64,000 nucleotides of DNA from positions 32,001 to 96,000 of IMG/VR virus record IMGVR_UViG_3300021962_000044. One strand, 5' to 3'. Origin of the DNA: a virus. The notes under the pieces are model-generated. The model had not been told where the DNA came from. It worked only from the letters and a program-made list of their open reading frames with translations, and did not search any database. Position numbers and translations under genes: made by a program. Shown here one piece after another: positions 41,047 to 49,330 of the stretch (position 1 is its first letter; every line of letters begins with the position of its first letter).

Positions 41047-41846
41047 GAGCAACAGAATTTATTTTAAATGAGGTCGGGGACAATCCTTATACGTTTGAGC
41101 CATATCAACCACCCAATCAGCAACATATTAAAGTTCGTGCCCGTAATGCAATAGATAAAATACCTCCTAATAAAAATACAATTACAACTAATGTATCTAA
41201 TCCAAATATAAAAAATTATTCCTTCGTTACTAAAAACGGACTTAGATATGTTGTAATATTAAAACCTTCTACTCCAAAAGCTAACGGAGAGATTAACACA
41301 GTAGAACTAGCATTTTATGCTATTGATAAAAGAGGTAGACCAAATTTTGACCTCACTGGTACAGGTGATGCGGCAAATGTTTTTGCTACAGTAAAAAATG
41401 TATTAGCAAAATATATTGAAGAATATAATCCAAAACTTATTGGTTTTTCAAGTGAGAAAAAAATAGATACTACCCCAAACAACGATAGTAGATTTAAACT
41501 ATATTCATTATTTGCTAAACAGTTTAGTAAATGGTTTCCTGCTTATGCAAAATCATACACACGTGATGAAGCAGACAGAACTGTGTTTATGTTTAAGCGT
41601 AATGCTGATGAACAAGTTACTGAACAAACAAACCCTAAAATAGATTTGACACCAAACTATCCTAACTATAAAGTATTAGTGGGAGAGTTTATTGGCATTA
41701 GAAAAAACAGAGCAAGATTTTTAATTGTAGCATCTGAACTTAAACCAGGCGTACGTGAGACTGATAATATATTTAGAGCAAAAACAACTAATACACCAAT
41801 CAGTATTGAAATTAGTAAAGTAAAGAATCGAACAGTAGTAGGATAA
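41043..41846 (+). CDS. hypothetical protein (leader MRATEFILNE) with extra C-terminal module after VTE
   Basis: EVGDNPY, LTGTGDAANVFATV, SRFKLY; ATGA overlap supports start 41043. Confidence 0.65.
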   Translation: MRATEFILNEVGDNPYTFEPYQPPNQQHIKVRARNAIDKIPPNKNTITTNVSNPNIKNYSFVTKNGLRYVVILKPSTPKANGEINTVELAFYAIDKRGRPNFDLTGTGDAANVFATVKNVLAKYIEEYNPKLIGFSSEKKIDTTPNNDSRFKLYSLFAKQFSKWFPAYAKSYTRDEADRTVFMFKRNADEQVTEQTNPKIDLTPNYPNYKVLVGEFIGIRKNRARFLIVASELKPGVRETDNIFRAKTTNTPISIEISKVKNRTVVG

Positions 41847-41848
41847 AA

Positions 41849-42286
41849 ATGAAAAAAATATTAATATTAATAATGCTAACATTAACAACTATAGCATTTG
41901 CACAAAAACAAAAGCCAATGAATATATATGAATTTCCAATCACTAGAGTTATTGATGGAGATACTGTAGCATTTCAAGCACCGTTCTTACCCCCACCATT
42001 AAAACAAGAGTTAAGTATTCGTGTATTTGGTGTTGATACACCTGAAAAAGGTCATAGAGCAATGTGTCCAAGTGAAGACCAACGTGGTCAAGCCGCTACT
42101 GCATTTACAAAAAATGCTATCAGTAAAGCACAGAAACGTCAAGTAGCTATTGCTGATTGGGATAAGTATGGTGGACGTGTATTGGGTGATATAATACTTG
42201 ATGGACAAAGTTTAAGAATGATGTTAATACAGAATGGATTTGCAAGAGAATACTACGGAGAAGCTAAAACTTCTTGGTGCAACTAA
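41849..42286 (+). CDS. thermonuclease (SNase-like) with Sec signal peptide
   Basis: MKKILILIMLTLTTIAFA signal; RVIDGDT, IRVFGVDTPE, DKYGGRVLG, LIQNGFA. Confidence 0.9.
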   Translation: MKKILILIMLTLTTIAFAQKQKPMNIYEFPITRVIDGDTVAFQAPFLPPPLKQELSIRVFGVDTPEKGHRAMCPSEDQRGQAATAFTKNAISKAQKRQVAIADWDKYGGRVLGDIILDGQSLRMMLIQNGFAREYYGEAKTSWCN

Positions 42287-42287
42287 C

Positions 42288-42359
42288 ACACCTTAGGACC
42301 GGTACTTGTTACCGTGGTGTAGGCGGCTTCTGCCTTAAGCAATCCAATTCGCTACTGGA
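42288..42359 (+). ncRNA. candidate structured RNA element (multi-hairpin, GC-rich intergenic)
   Basis: ACACC/GGTGT enclosing CGGTA/TACCG; AGGCGG/CTGCCT; TCCA/TGGA; family not recognised. Confidence 0.35.
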
Positions 42360-42385
42360 CCTTATAAGTGAGCATAAATACTAAT

Positions 42386-43525
42386 ATGAGAGCAATAGAA
42401 CTATACGAATCAGCCGCAAGTGAACTAGCTAAGAAACTTCCTAGCTTAGAGAAGCACGACTATAATACCATTGATAAACTAATGAGAAATATAGCAAAGA
42501 AACATCGTATAACCGGTGATGCATTGCATGATTTATTTGTTAGAAAATATCACAAAACTCCAGACAGTTGGATTAAAGATAAACTAGATGAGGTTGGAGG
42601 ACGACATTACAACCCGGATGGTTCAACATATCGCGGATCCAATAATAAAATGCCGACATTAAATGATCCGGAAGATATTTATAACAGGGCAGAACGAGTA
42701 CCATATCAAGATCCAGCCGGTGAGGATCCTGAAATAGATGATAGTGTTAAACAAATTATTAAAAATGGATTAGACAGGTTAAGTGATGATGAACGAAAAG
42801 TATTAATTTTAAGATTTTGGCATGATTTGACATTACGACAAATTGCTGATAAGTTTGGACTATCTGAACCTAGAATAAGACAAATTGAAGCTAAGGGTTT
42901 AAGAAGATTACAAGTTTCTGCTAAACATAAAGGATATGATCCAGAAGCATTAAAACTGTATGTAAAACAAAACGAAAATCCACCAAAACTAATGGCTCAA
43001 GATAAAACCAAAGCACAAGCGTTAAAAGTAGCAAATGCGTATAAGACAGCGTTCCCAAAGAAGCCTTACTACCCGCCTAAAGCAAAGAAAGATATAGATA
43101 CGGGTGAAGTATGGGTTTACTACCCGCCTAAAGCAAAGAAAGATGTCATTAAAGAATCTGAACAAGAAGATTTAAATAATAATCCTATTGTACAGAAGTT
43201 TCTTGCTTGGACAAGTAAGAAGTTAAACTTAGAAACTACACCAAAGATAGAGTTTAGTTATGATAGTGATGAAGCACAAGAAGGTCATCATACTGGAAGA
43301 CATAATCCAGATACGGGTGAAGTATGGGTTTATTGTGCCAATAGAAATTTAGTAGATATATTACGTACTGTGTTCCATGAATTAACTCATGTACGTCAGG
43401 GTGAATTAAATATGATTAAGCCGGGTGATAGTTATCCAGGTAGTCCAATAGAAGCAGAAGCGGATGTAATGGCTGGCAAGTATATTAAGATATTTGGCAA
43501 AATGCATCCAGAAATATTTCAATAA
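42386..43525 (+). CDS. mosaic protein (leader MRAIELYE): sigma70 region-4 HTH module plus HExxH metallopeptidase-like module
   Basis: LSDDERKVLILRF..LTLRQIA.KFGLS..RIRQIEAKGLRRL; LRTVFHELTHVRQ..EAEAD; TAAATA 5 nt before ATG 42386. Confidence 0.7.
   Translation: MRAIELYESAASELAKKLPSLEKHDYNTIDKLMRNIAKKHRITGDALHDLFVRKYHKTPDSWIKDKLDEVGGRHYNPDGSTYRGSNNKMPTLNDPEDIYNRAERVPYQDPAGEDPEIDDSVKQIIKNGLDRLSDDERKVLILRFWHDLTLRQIADKFGLSEPRIRQIEAKGLRRLQVSAKHKGYDPEALKLYVKQNENPPKLMAQDKTKAQALKVANAYKTAFPKKPYYPPKAKKDIDTGEVWVYYPPKAKKDVIKESEQEDLNNNPIVQKFLAWTSKKLNLETTPKIEFSYDSDEAQEGHHTGRHNPDTGEVWVYCANRNLVDILRTVFHELTHVRQGELNMIKPGDSYPGSPIEAEADVMAGKYIKIFGKMHPEIFQ
43066..43144 (+). repeat. 28-bp exact direct repeat (43066-43093, 43117-43144)
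   Basis: TTACTACCCGCCTAAAGCAAAGAAAGAT twice; the intervening DNA matches 43309-43332. Confidence 0.9.
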
Positions 43526-43536
43526 AGGTTTTATAA

Positions 43537-44472
43537 ATGTCAATAACAATAACAGGTGGAATAACAATATCCGGCGGAGGATGGACTCTAGAGGCACCCC
43601 CGGCTGGTAATAAGGCTATATTTGGATACGGAGCTGCTGTAGACAATGTCTACGTCAACGTGACCAATCTAGTGTCAAATACAGGTGTAGTTGCTACTGA
43701 TACTGCTGGTGTAGGTACTGCTAGAAGTGGTCTTGCAGCCGCCGGCTATGGCGGTGATAAAGCTATATTTGGATACGGAGCAACATCAGTTTTTGCTGAT
43801 AGTAGTGTGTCAATGACAAACAAAGTATCAAATACAGGTGTGGTTGCGAGTGATACCACAGGTGTTGGTACTATTAGGAGATATCTTGCAGCCGCAGGTT
43901 ATGGTGGTGATAAGGCTATATTTGGATATGGATATAATGGATCAACTAATGTATCAATAACCAACCTAGTATCAAATACTGGTGTAGTTGCTACTGATAC
44001 TGCAGGTGTTGGTACTGCTAGGTCTAATTTAGCAGCCGCAGGATATGGTAGTGATAAAGCTATATTTGGATATGGAAGTGGTCCAGTTTCAATAACCAAC
44101 CTAGTATCAAATACTGGTGTAGTTGCTAATGATACTACAGGTGTCGGTACTGCTAGAACTCAACTTGCAGCCGCAGGATATGGCGGTGATAAAGCTATAT
44201 TTGGATATGGATCCGCTAGTGGTTATGTATCAATAACCAATCTAGTATCAAACACTGGTGTAGTTGGTAATGATGTTACAGGCGTCGGTACTGCTAGAGG
44301 ATCACCTGCAGCCGCAACATATGGTACTGATAAAGCTATATTTGGATATGGTTACACCAGTGTCACATGGACCGCAATAACCAACCTAGTATCAAACACA
44401 GGTGTAGTTGCTAGTGATACTGCTGGTGTTGGTACTGCTAGATATGGATTGGCAGCCGCAGCCTACGGTTAA
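43537..44472 (+). CDS. six-repeat protein (about 45-50 aa units), probable beta-propeller
   Basis: Six copies of KAIFGYG-(variable)-TNLVSNTGVVAxDTxGVGTAR-xx-LAAAGYG. Confidence 0.75.
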   Translation: MSITITGGITISGGGWTLEAPPAGNKAIFGYGAAVDNVYVNVTNLVSNTGVVATDTAGVGTARSGLAAAGYGGDKAIFGYGATSVFADSSVSMTNKVSNTGVVASDTTGVGTIRRYLAAAGYGGDKAIFGYGYNGSTNVSITNLVSNTGVVATDTAGVGTARSNLAAAGYGSDKAIFGYGSGPVSITNLVSNTGVVANDTTGVGTARTQLAAAGYGGDKAIFGYGSASGYVSITNLVSNTGVVGNDVTGVGTARGSPAAATYGTDKAIFGYGYTSVTWTAITNLVSNTGVVASDTAGVGTARYGLAAAAYG

Positions 44473-44492
44473 ACAACAATTTACCATAATCA

Positions 44493-44521
44493 TTGCTAAT
44501 CAAATCATTCTATGTTATAAT
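44493..44521 (+). promoter_or_regulatory. sigma70-type promoter with extended -10
   Basis: TTGCTA-17-TATAAT with TGn; ATG 6 nt downstream. Confidence 0.7.
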
Positions 44522-44527
44522 AGCTAA

Positions 44528-45154
44528 ATGATTAAGTTAACAGTACCATTACCCAAAAGTATCACAATCGCATTCAGTGGCGGTGTTGACTCTTGCGCTA
44601 TCGTTGACTTTCTAAGTCGTAAACATAATGTCTCTTGCGCTTACTTTCATCACGGTACTACACATGGTAATAAATCACTAGAGTTTGTATCTAACTTCTG
44701 CGAAAATAGAAATATACCATTATATCTAGGTGTGCTAAATCGTGATAAACCTAAATCAATGAGTCAAGAAGAATTCTGGAGAGAAGAACGATATCAATAT
44801 TTCGCTACTCTCGGTCCAGTTATTACTGCTCATCACTTGGATGACTGCGTAGAAACATATATCTGGTCAAGTCTTCATGGTACACCCAAAGTCATTCCAT
44901 TAACAAGAGACAATGTATTAAGACCATTTCTAACTACAAGAAAAGAAGATTTCATATATTGGTGCGAAAGTCATAACATTGAATGGTGTGAGGATAACTC
45001 TAATAAAAATAACAAATATATCCGCAATTACATTCGCAATGAACTAATGCCACACGCATTACGAGTTAACCCAGGTTTACATACTTTGGTCAAAAAGATC
45101 GTAGAAGGTAAAAAAATACTTGACTTCTCTACACAACTCAAGTATACTAACTAA
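44528..45154 (+). CDS. tilS: minimal TilS-like PP-loop ATPase (catalytic domain only)
   Basis: AFSGGVDS, R..RY, TAHHLDDCVET, RPFL, EDNSN..RNYIRNELMP. Confidence 0.8.
   Translation: MIKLTVPLPKSITIAFSGGVDSCAIVDFLSRKHNVSCAYFHHGTTHGNKSLEFVSNFCENRNIPLYLGVLNRDKPKSMSQEEFWREERYQYFATLGPVITAHHLDDCVETYIWSSLHGTPKVIPLTRDNVLRPFLTTRKEDFIYWCESHNIEWCEDNSNKNNKYIRNYIRNELMPHALRVNPGLHTLVKKIVEGKKILDFSTQLKYTN
45120..45148 (+). promoter_or_regulatory. sigma70-type promoter for the polymerase operon
   Basis: TTGACT-17-TATACT. Confidence 0.65.
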
Positions 45155-45171
45155 TTATTTAAGGAGAAACT

Positions 45172-45438
45172 ATGTCGGATTATAACAGAACGTTTAATGG
45201 TGAGGCAAAAATTAAGCTTACCCAAATCGTAAATGAAGGGATGCATGTACTACATGAAATTGATACATTGAATGGTGGATTAAATGACACTATTAAAGCG
45301 GTGGCTGATGAGCTGGAAATTAAAGCTAGTACATTAAAGAAAGCAATTAAAATTGCACACAAGGCATCATTAGGTCAGACTAACAAGGATCACGATGAAC
45401 TCAATACAATCCTAGAAACTGTGGGAAAAACGCTTTGA
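45172..45438 (+). CDS. small helical protein, possibly T4 DsbA/GapR-like dsDNA-binding protein
   Basis: 88 aa, EI..L...L.D..K.V..EL.I....LKK.IK pattern; SD AAGGAG. Confidence 0.5.
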   Translation: MSDYNRTFNGEAKIKLTQIVNEGMHVLHEIDTLNGGLNDTIKAVADELEIKASTLKKAIKIAHKASLGQTNKDHDELNTILETVGKTL

Positions 45439-48152
45439 GTTATGTGGATGCTATTCATAGTAAAGACGAAGACCGTATCTATGTAGTAGAACGATCTCCT
45501 GAGGGTAAACGATTGTATAAAGAATACCCTACTAACTATGTATTGTATTATCCTGATAACAAAGGTAAACATCGTAGTATCTATGGTGATCCAGTCAGTC
45601 GTTTTAGCACACGCAAACGACAAGAGTTTGAAAAAGAAAGACGCATCCACTCAAATAAAAAACTATTTGAGAGTGATGTGCCAGTAGTCTTCCGTTGTCT
45701 AAGTGAAAACTATCTTAAGGTTGATGCACCTAAACTTCATACTTGCTTCTTTGACATTGAGGTGGACTTTGATCCTGAAAAGGGTTTTAGTCCTACTAGT
45801 GATCCATTCAATCCTGTTACAGCTATCAGTTGTTACTTAGATTGGCTAGATCAATGCATTACATTAGTGATTGCTCCGAAACATATGAGCAGTGAAACAG
45901 CCCAAGAAATCACTAATGAGTTTGAAAACACAATGCTTTTCAAATCAGAGAAAGAAATGTTTGACGTTTTCTTTCAATTAATAGATGATGCCGATGTATT
46001 AACTGGGTGGAACTCAGAAGGCTATGATATACCCTATATGGTCAATCGTGTTACTAGAGTGATGAGTAAAGATGACACACGCAAGTTTTGCTTGATGGGT
46101 CAATTACCTAAAGCTAGAGAATATGAACGATTCGGTAAGAGTGAAACAACTTATGACTTGGTAGGTCGTATTCACTTAGACTATCTACAATTATACAAAA
46201 AGTATAACTATGAATCACGCCATAGTTATAAACTAGACAGTATCGGTGAGATGGAAGTAGGTGAAAACAAAACACAATATGAAGGTACTCTTGACCAACT
46301 GTATAACAAAGACTTTAAGAAGTTTATTGAATACAACAGACAAGATACAATGTTGTTGGTGAAGATTCACAACAAACTTAAGTTTTTAGAATTAGCTAAT
46401 CAACTTGCACATGAGAACACAGTATTATTACCGACAGTAATGGGTTCTGTAGCAATGATTGAGATGGCAATTTTTAATGAAGCACATGAACGTGGCTTAG
46501 TAGTACCAGATAAAAAACGAAAGGTTGAAAATGAAGAAGATGTCCAGCAGGCAGCAGGTGCCTTTGTTGCTACGCCGAAAAGAGGCATGCATGAATATGT
46601 CGGAGCAGTTGACATTAACTCACTCTATCCCTCGGTTATTCGTGCCCTCAACATGGCAGGTGAAACCATCGTTGCTCAGGTCAGACAAACAATCACTGAC
46701 CAATATATGCAAGACAAAGGCGTGCGATTAGCAAGTGAAAAGAAACGTCACAAAGAAGGTGATGACGCAGTTACAGGAAGTATTCTCTGGGAGAATCTGT
46801 TTGGTGCATTAGAGTATACTGCTATTATGAACCAAGAACGTGGTACAATTCTTACTATTGACTTTGAAGATGGTCGTAGTGTAGAAATGAGTGCGGCAGA
46901 AATCTGGAAGATGATATTTGATAGTCATAAGCCTTGGATGTTAAGTGCTAATGGCACAATCTTTACTTATGAAAAAGAAGGTGTTGTTCCCGGTCTACTT
47001 ACACGCTGGTATACAGAACGTAAAGTTATTCAGAAACAAGCTAAAGAAGCATATGGTACTGATATGTATGATTACTACGACAAACGACAACTTGTTCGTA
47101 AGATTTTACTTAACTCAGCATATGGTGCATTGTTAAATGAACATTGTCGTTTTTATGATAAACGTATAGGTCAATCAGTAACACTATCTGGTCGACAAAT
47201 TGTTAAGCATATGATGAGTACTATCAATGAAACAGTTGAAGGTATCTATTCGCATGAAGGTAATGCTATTGTGTATGGTGATACTGACAGTTGTTATTTT
47301 ACAGCTTATCCAACACTAAAGCCACAGATTGAATCTGGTGCATTAGAGTGGAATAAAGAAACCTGTATCGGTTTATATGATGGTATTGCTGAACAAGCAA
47401 ATGAAAGTTTCCCATCATTCATGGAACGTGCTTTTCATGCTCCAAGAAAGAACGGGGAGATTATCAAAGCTGGTCGTGAATTGATTGGTGATCGTAGTAT
47501 CTTTATTACTAAAAAACGTTATGCTATCAATATTTTTGATAAAGAGGGCAAACGTAAAGATAAAGATGGAGTAGCAGGTGATATCAAGGCAATGGGTCTT
47601 GATTTAAAACGTGCAGACACACCTAAGTATGTACAAGAGTTTTTAATGAATGTACTACAAATGGTTTTACAACAAGGTAAAGGTCGTGATGATGTGATTG
47701 AAGCCGTAAAGGATTTCAAACGTATCTTAACTGCACAAGATAGTTGGACTAAAGGTTCACCTAAAGGCGTAAACAAACTTACGATGTATGGTGATTTAGA
47801 AGCAAAAAGTAGTACAGGTCGTGCTAATATGCCCGGTCACGTTAGAGCGGCATTGAACTACAATTATTTACGCAAAGTAAATGGAGACAACTATAGTCAA
47901 AAGATTATTGATGGTATGAAGGTTGTTGTATGTAAACTTAAAAGTAATCCATTAGGATTTACATCAATAGCTTATCCTGTTGATGAATTAAGATTACCAC
48001 AATGGTTTACTGAGTTACCATTTGATGATCAGGCTATGGAACAAACGTTAGTAGATGAGAAGATTGATAATTTATTGGGTGTATTAGATTGGGATATTCG
48101 TAGCAATACAGATACTAACAGTACATTTGATGATTTATTCAGTTTCGGTTAA
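45435..48152 (+). CDS. family B DNA polymerase (T4 gp43-like), TTG start
   Basis: Exonuclease FDIEV, GWNSEGYDIPY, YNRQD; polymerase DINSLYPS, KILLNSAYG, YGDTDS, KKRY. Confidence 0.96.
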   Translation: MSYVDAIHSKDEDRIYVVERSPEGKRLYKEYPTNYVLYYPDNKGKHRSIYGDPVSRFSTRKRQEFEKERRIHSNKKLFESDVPVVFRCLSENYLKVDAPKLHTCFFDIEVDFDPEKGFSPTSDPFNPVTAISCYLDWLDQCITLVIAPKHMSSETAQEITNEFENTMLFKSEKEMFDVFFQLIDDADVLTGWNSEGYDIPYMVNRVTRVMSKDDTRKFCLMGQLPKAREYERFGKSETTYDLVGRIHLDYLQLYKKYNYESRHSYKLDSIGEMEVGENKTQYEGTLDQLYNKDFKKFIEYNRQDTMLLVKIHNKLKFLELANQLAHENTVLLPTVMGSVAMIEMAIFNEAHERGLVVPDKKRKVENEEDVQQAAGAFVATPKRGMHEYVGAVDINSLYPSVIRALNMAGETIVAQVRQTITDQYMQDKGVRLASEKKRHKEGDDAVTGSILWENLFGALEYTAIMNQERGTILTIDFEDGRSVEMSAAEIWKMIFDSHKPWMLSANGTIFTYEKEGVVPGLLTRWYTERKVIQKQAKEAYGTDMYDYYDKRQLVRKILLNSAYGALLNEHCRFYDKRIGQSVTLSGRQIVKHMMSTINETVEGIYSHEGNAIVYGDTDSCYFTAYPTLKPQIESGALEWNKETCIGLYDGIAEQANESFPSFMERAFHAPRKNGEIIKAGRELIGDRSIFITKKRYAINIFDKEGKRKDKDGVAGDIKAMGLDLKRADTPKYVQEFLMNVLQMVLQQGKGRDDVIEAVKDFKRILTAQDSWTKGSPKGVNKLTMYGDLEAKSSTGRANMPGHVRAALNYNYLRKVNGDNYSQKIIDGMKVVVCKLKSNPLGFTSIAYPVDELRLPQWFTELPFDDQAMEQTLVDEKIDNLLGVLDWDIRSNTDTNSTFDDLFSFG

Positions 48153-48159
48153 ATTGGTG

Positions 48160-48188
48160 TTGCTATTCGCAATATATTCCGTTATAAT
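48160..48188 (+). promoter_or_regulatory. sigma70-type promoter followed by a late-type CTAAATA
   Basis: TTGCTA-17-TATAAT; CTAAATA near 48204. Confidence 0.6.
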
Positions 48189-48230
48189 ACACATTATAAC
48201 TACCTAAATAGTTTAAACAAAGGAAAAAAC

Positions 48231-48962
48231 ATGAAAGATAATTTACAAGATTTAATTCAATATACACATGGCTTAGGCTGTATTGATTTAATTAAAGTCA
48301 GTGGTACTGACACAGAGACGACACTAAATGCTATTGCAGAAGATAAAAGTGTAATTGTTAGTGGTGCATTTAAAAATCCTAACGCAGAGTTTATTGGTAC
48401 TTTTGGTATGCCTAACTTAGGCAAGCTAAAAACAATTTTAAGCTTTGAAGATTATGATGAACATGCTAAAATCAATGTTGTTCGTGGAACACGTGATGAC
48501 CCAAATGCTCCTGCTAATATTCACTTTGAAACAAAAGCAGGTGATTTCATTAACGATTATCGTTTAATGGGAAAAGCTATTGTTGAAGAAAAAGTCAAAT
48601 CAGTTACATTTAAAGGTGCTACTTGGAATGTAGAATTTGAACCTTCTATTGCTGGCATTCAACGATTGAAACGTCAAGCAAGTGCTAATAGTGAAGAAAA
48701 GAACTTTACTACTAAAACAGAAAACGGTGACTTGAAGATTTTCTTTGGAGACCCGTCAACTCACAGTGGTAACTTTGTGTTTCAACCAGGTGTTACTGGT
48801 TCATTAGCTAAAGCATGGATGTGGCCTGTTAAAGAATTTCTAAGTATTATGGATCTTCCAGGTGACAAAACTGTTCGTATTTCTGATGCAGGAGCGGCAG
48901 AGGTTACAGTTGATAGTGGTCTTGCAACATATCGTTACTTACTCCCAGCACAAGCAAAATGA
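48231..48962 (+). CDS. probable sliding clamp (T4 gp45-like)
   Basis: 243 aa right after polB; FG..NL..L..IL and final Y.YLLPA strand are clamp-like; clamp loader present in window. Confidence 0.6.
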   Translation: MKDNLQDLIQYTHGLGCIDLIKVSGTDTETTLNAIAEDKSVIVSGAFKNPNAEFIGTFGMPNLGKLKTILSFEDYDEHAKINVVRGTRDDPNAPANIHFETKAGDFINDYRLMGKAIVEEKVKSVTFKGATWNVEFEPSIAGIQRLKRQASANSEEKNFTTKTENGDLKIFFGDPSTHSGNFVFQPGVTGSLAKAWMWPVKEFLSIMDLPGDKTVRISDAGAAEVTVDSGLATYRYLLPAQAK

Positions 48963-49330
48963 TTAAAAGTTTAAGTACTAGCAGTCCTTTTCTAACAGTA
49001 TCAGGTGGCAATCCTGGATCTACTTATATAGGTAACTATAGCAATAGTCCTGGTGTGGGTAATATGCGATATAACCCCAATAATCAGAATGTAGAAGTGT
49101 ATGACGGTAGTACTTGGATTATTCTTTCAGCACATCATGCTAGTATAAACTTAAATGATGAAACAGTTAGATTGTTAGAGTGGGCTAAAAAGAAAATGCT
49201 AGAAGAAGCCGAGCGCAACAAATTAGCAGAAACAAATCCCACTATTAAAGATTTGATGGAACAAATCAGAGACAAAGAAGAACAAGTTCGTATTGTTCAA
49301 ACATTGATTAAAGAAGAAGTAAGAGTTTAA
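48959..49330 (+). CDS. hypothetical protein
   Basis: GNMRYN..N.EVYDGSTW motif plus coiled coil. Confidence 0.6.
   Translation: MIKSLSTSSPFLTVSGGNPGSTYIGNYSNSPGVGNMRYNPNNQNVEVYDGSTWIILSAHHASINLNDETVRLLEWAKKKMLEEAERNKLAETNPTIKDLMEQIRDKEEQVRIVQTLIKEEVRV

Noticed and set aside
42288-42359. tRNA gene
   Set aside because: No T-loop GTTCRA, no 7-bp acceptor stem, no cloverleaf spacing.
43066-43144. 28-bp repeat / 23-bp spacer / 28-bp repeat as a mini-CRISPR
   Set aside because: Only two non-palindromic repeats, in frame inside a CDS, no leader or cas genes; the insert matches the same gene, which fits template switching better.
43537-44472. CRISPR array or DGR in the tandem-repeat gene
   Set aside because: Repeats are long coding units with synonymous variation; no reverse transcriptase or non-coding template repeat in the window; loops vary in length, unlike adenine-specific substitution.
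44528-45154. QueC completing the preQ0 pathway
   Set aside because: Has SGGxDS but the downstream motifs are TilS-type, and the QueC C-terminal Cys zinc site is absent.
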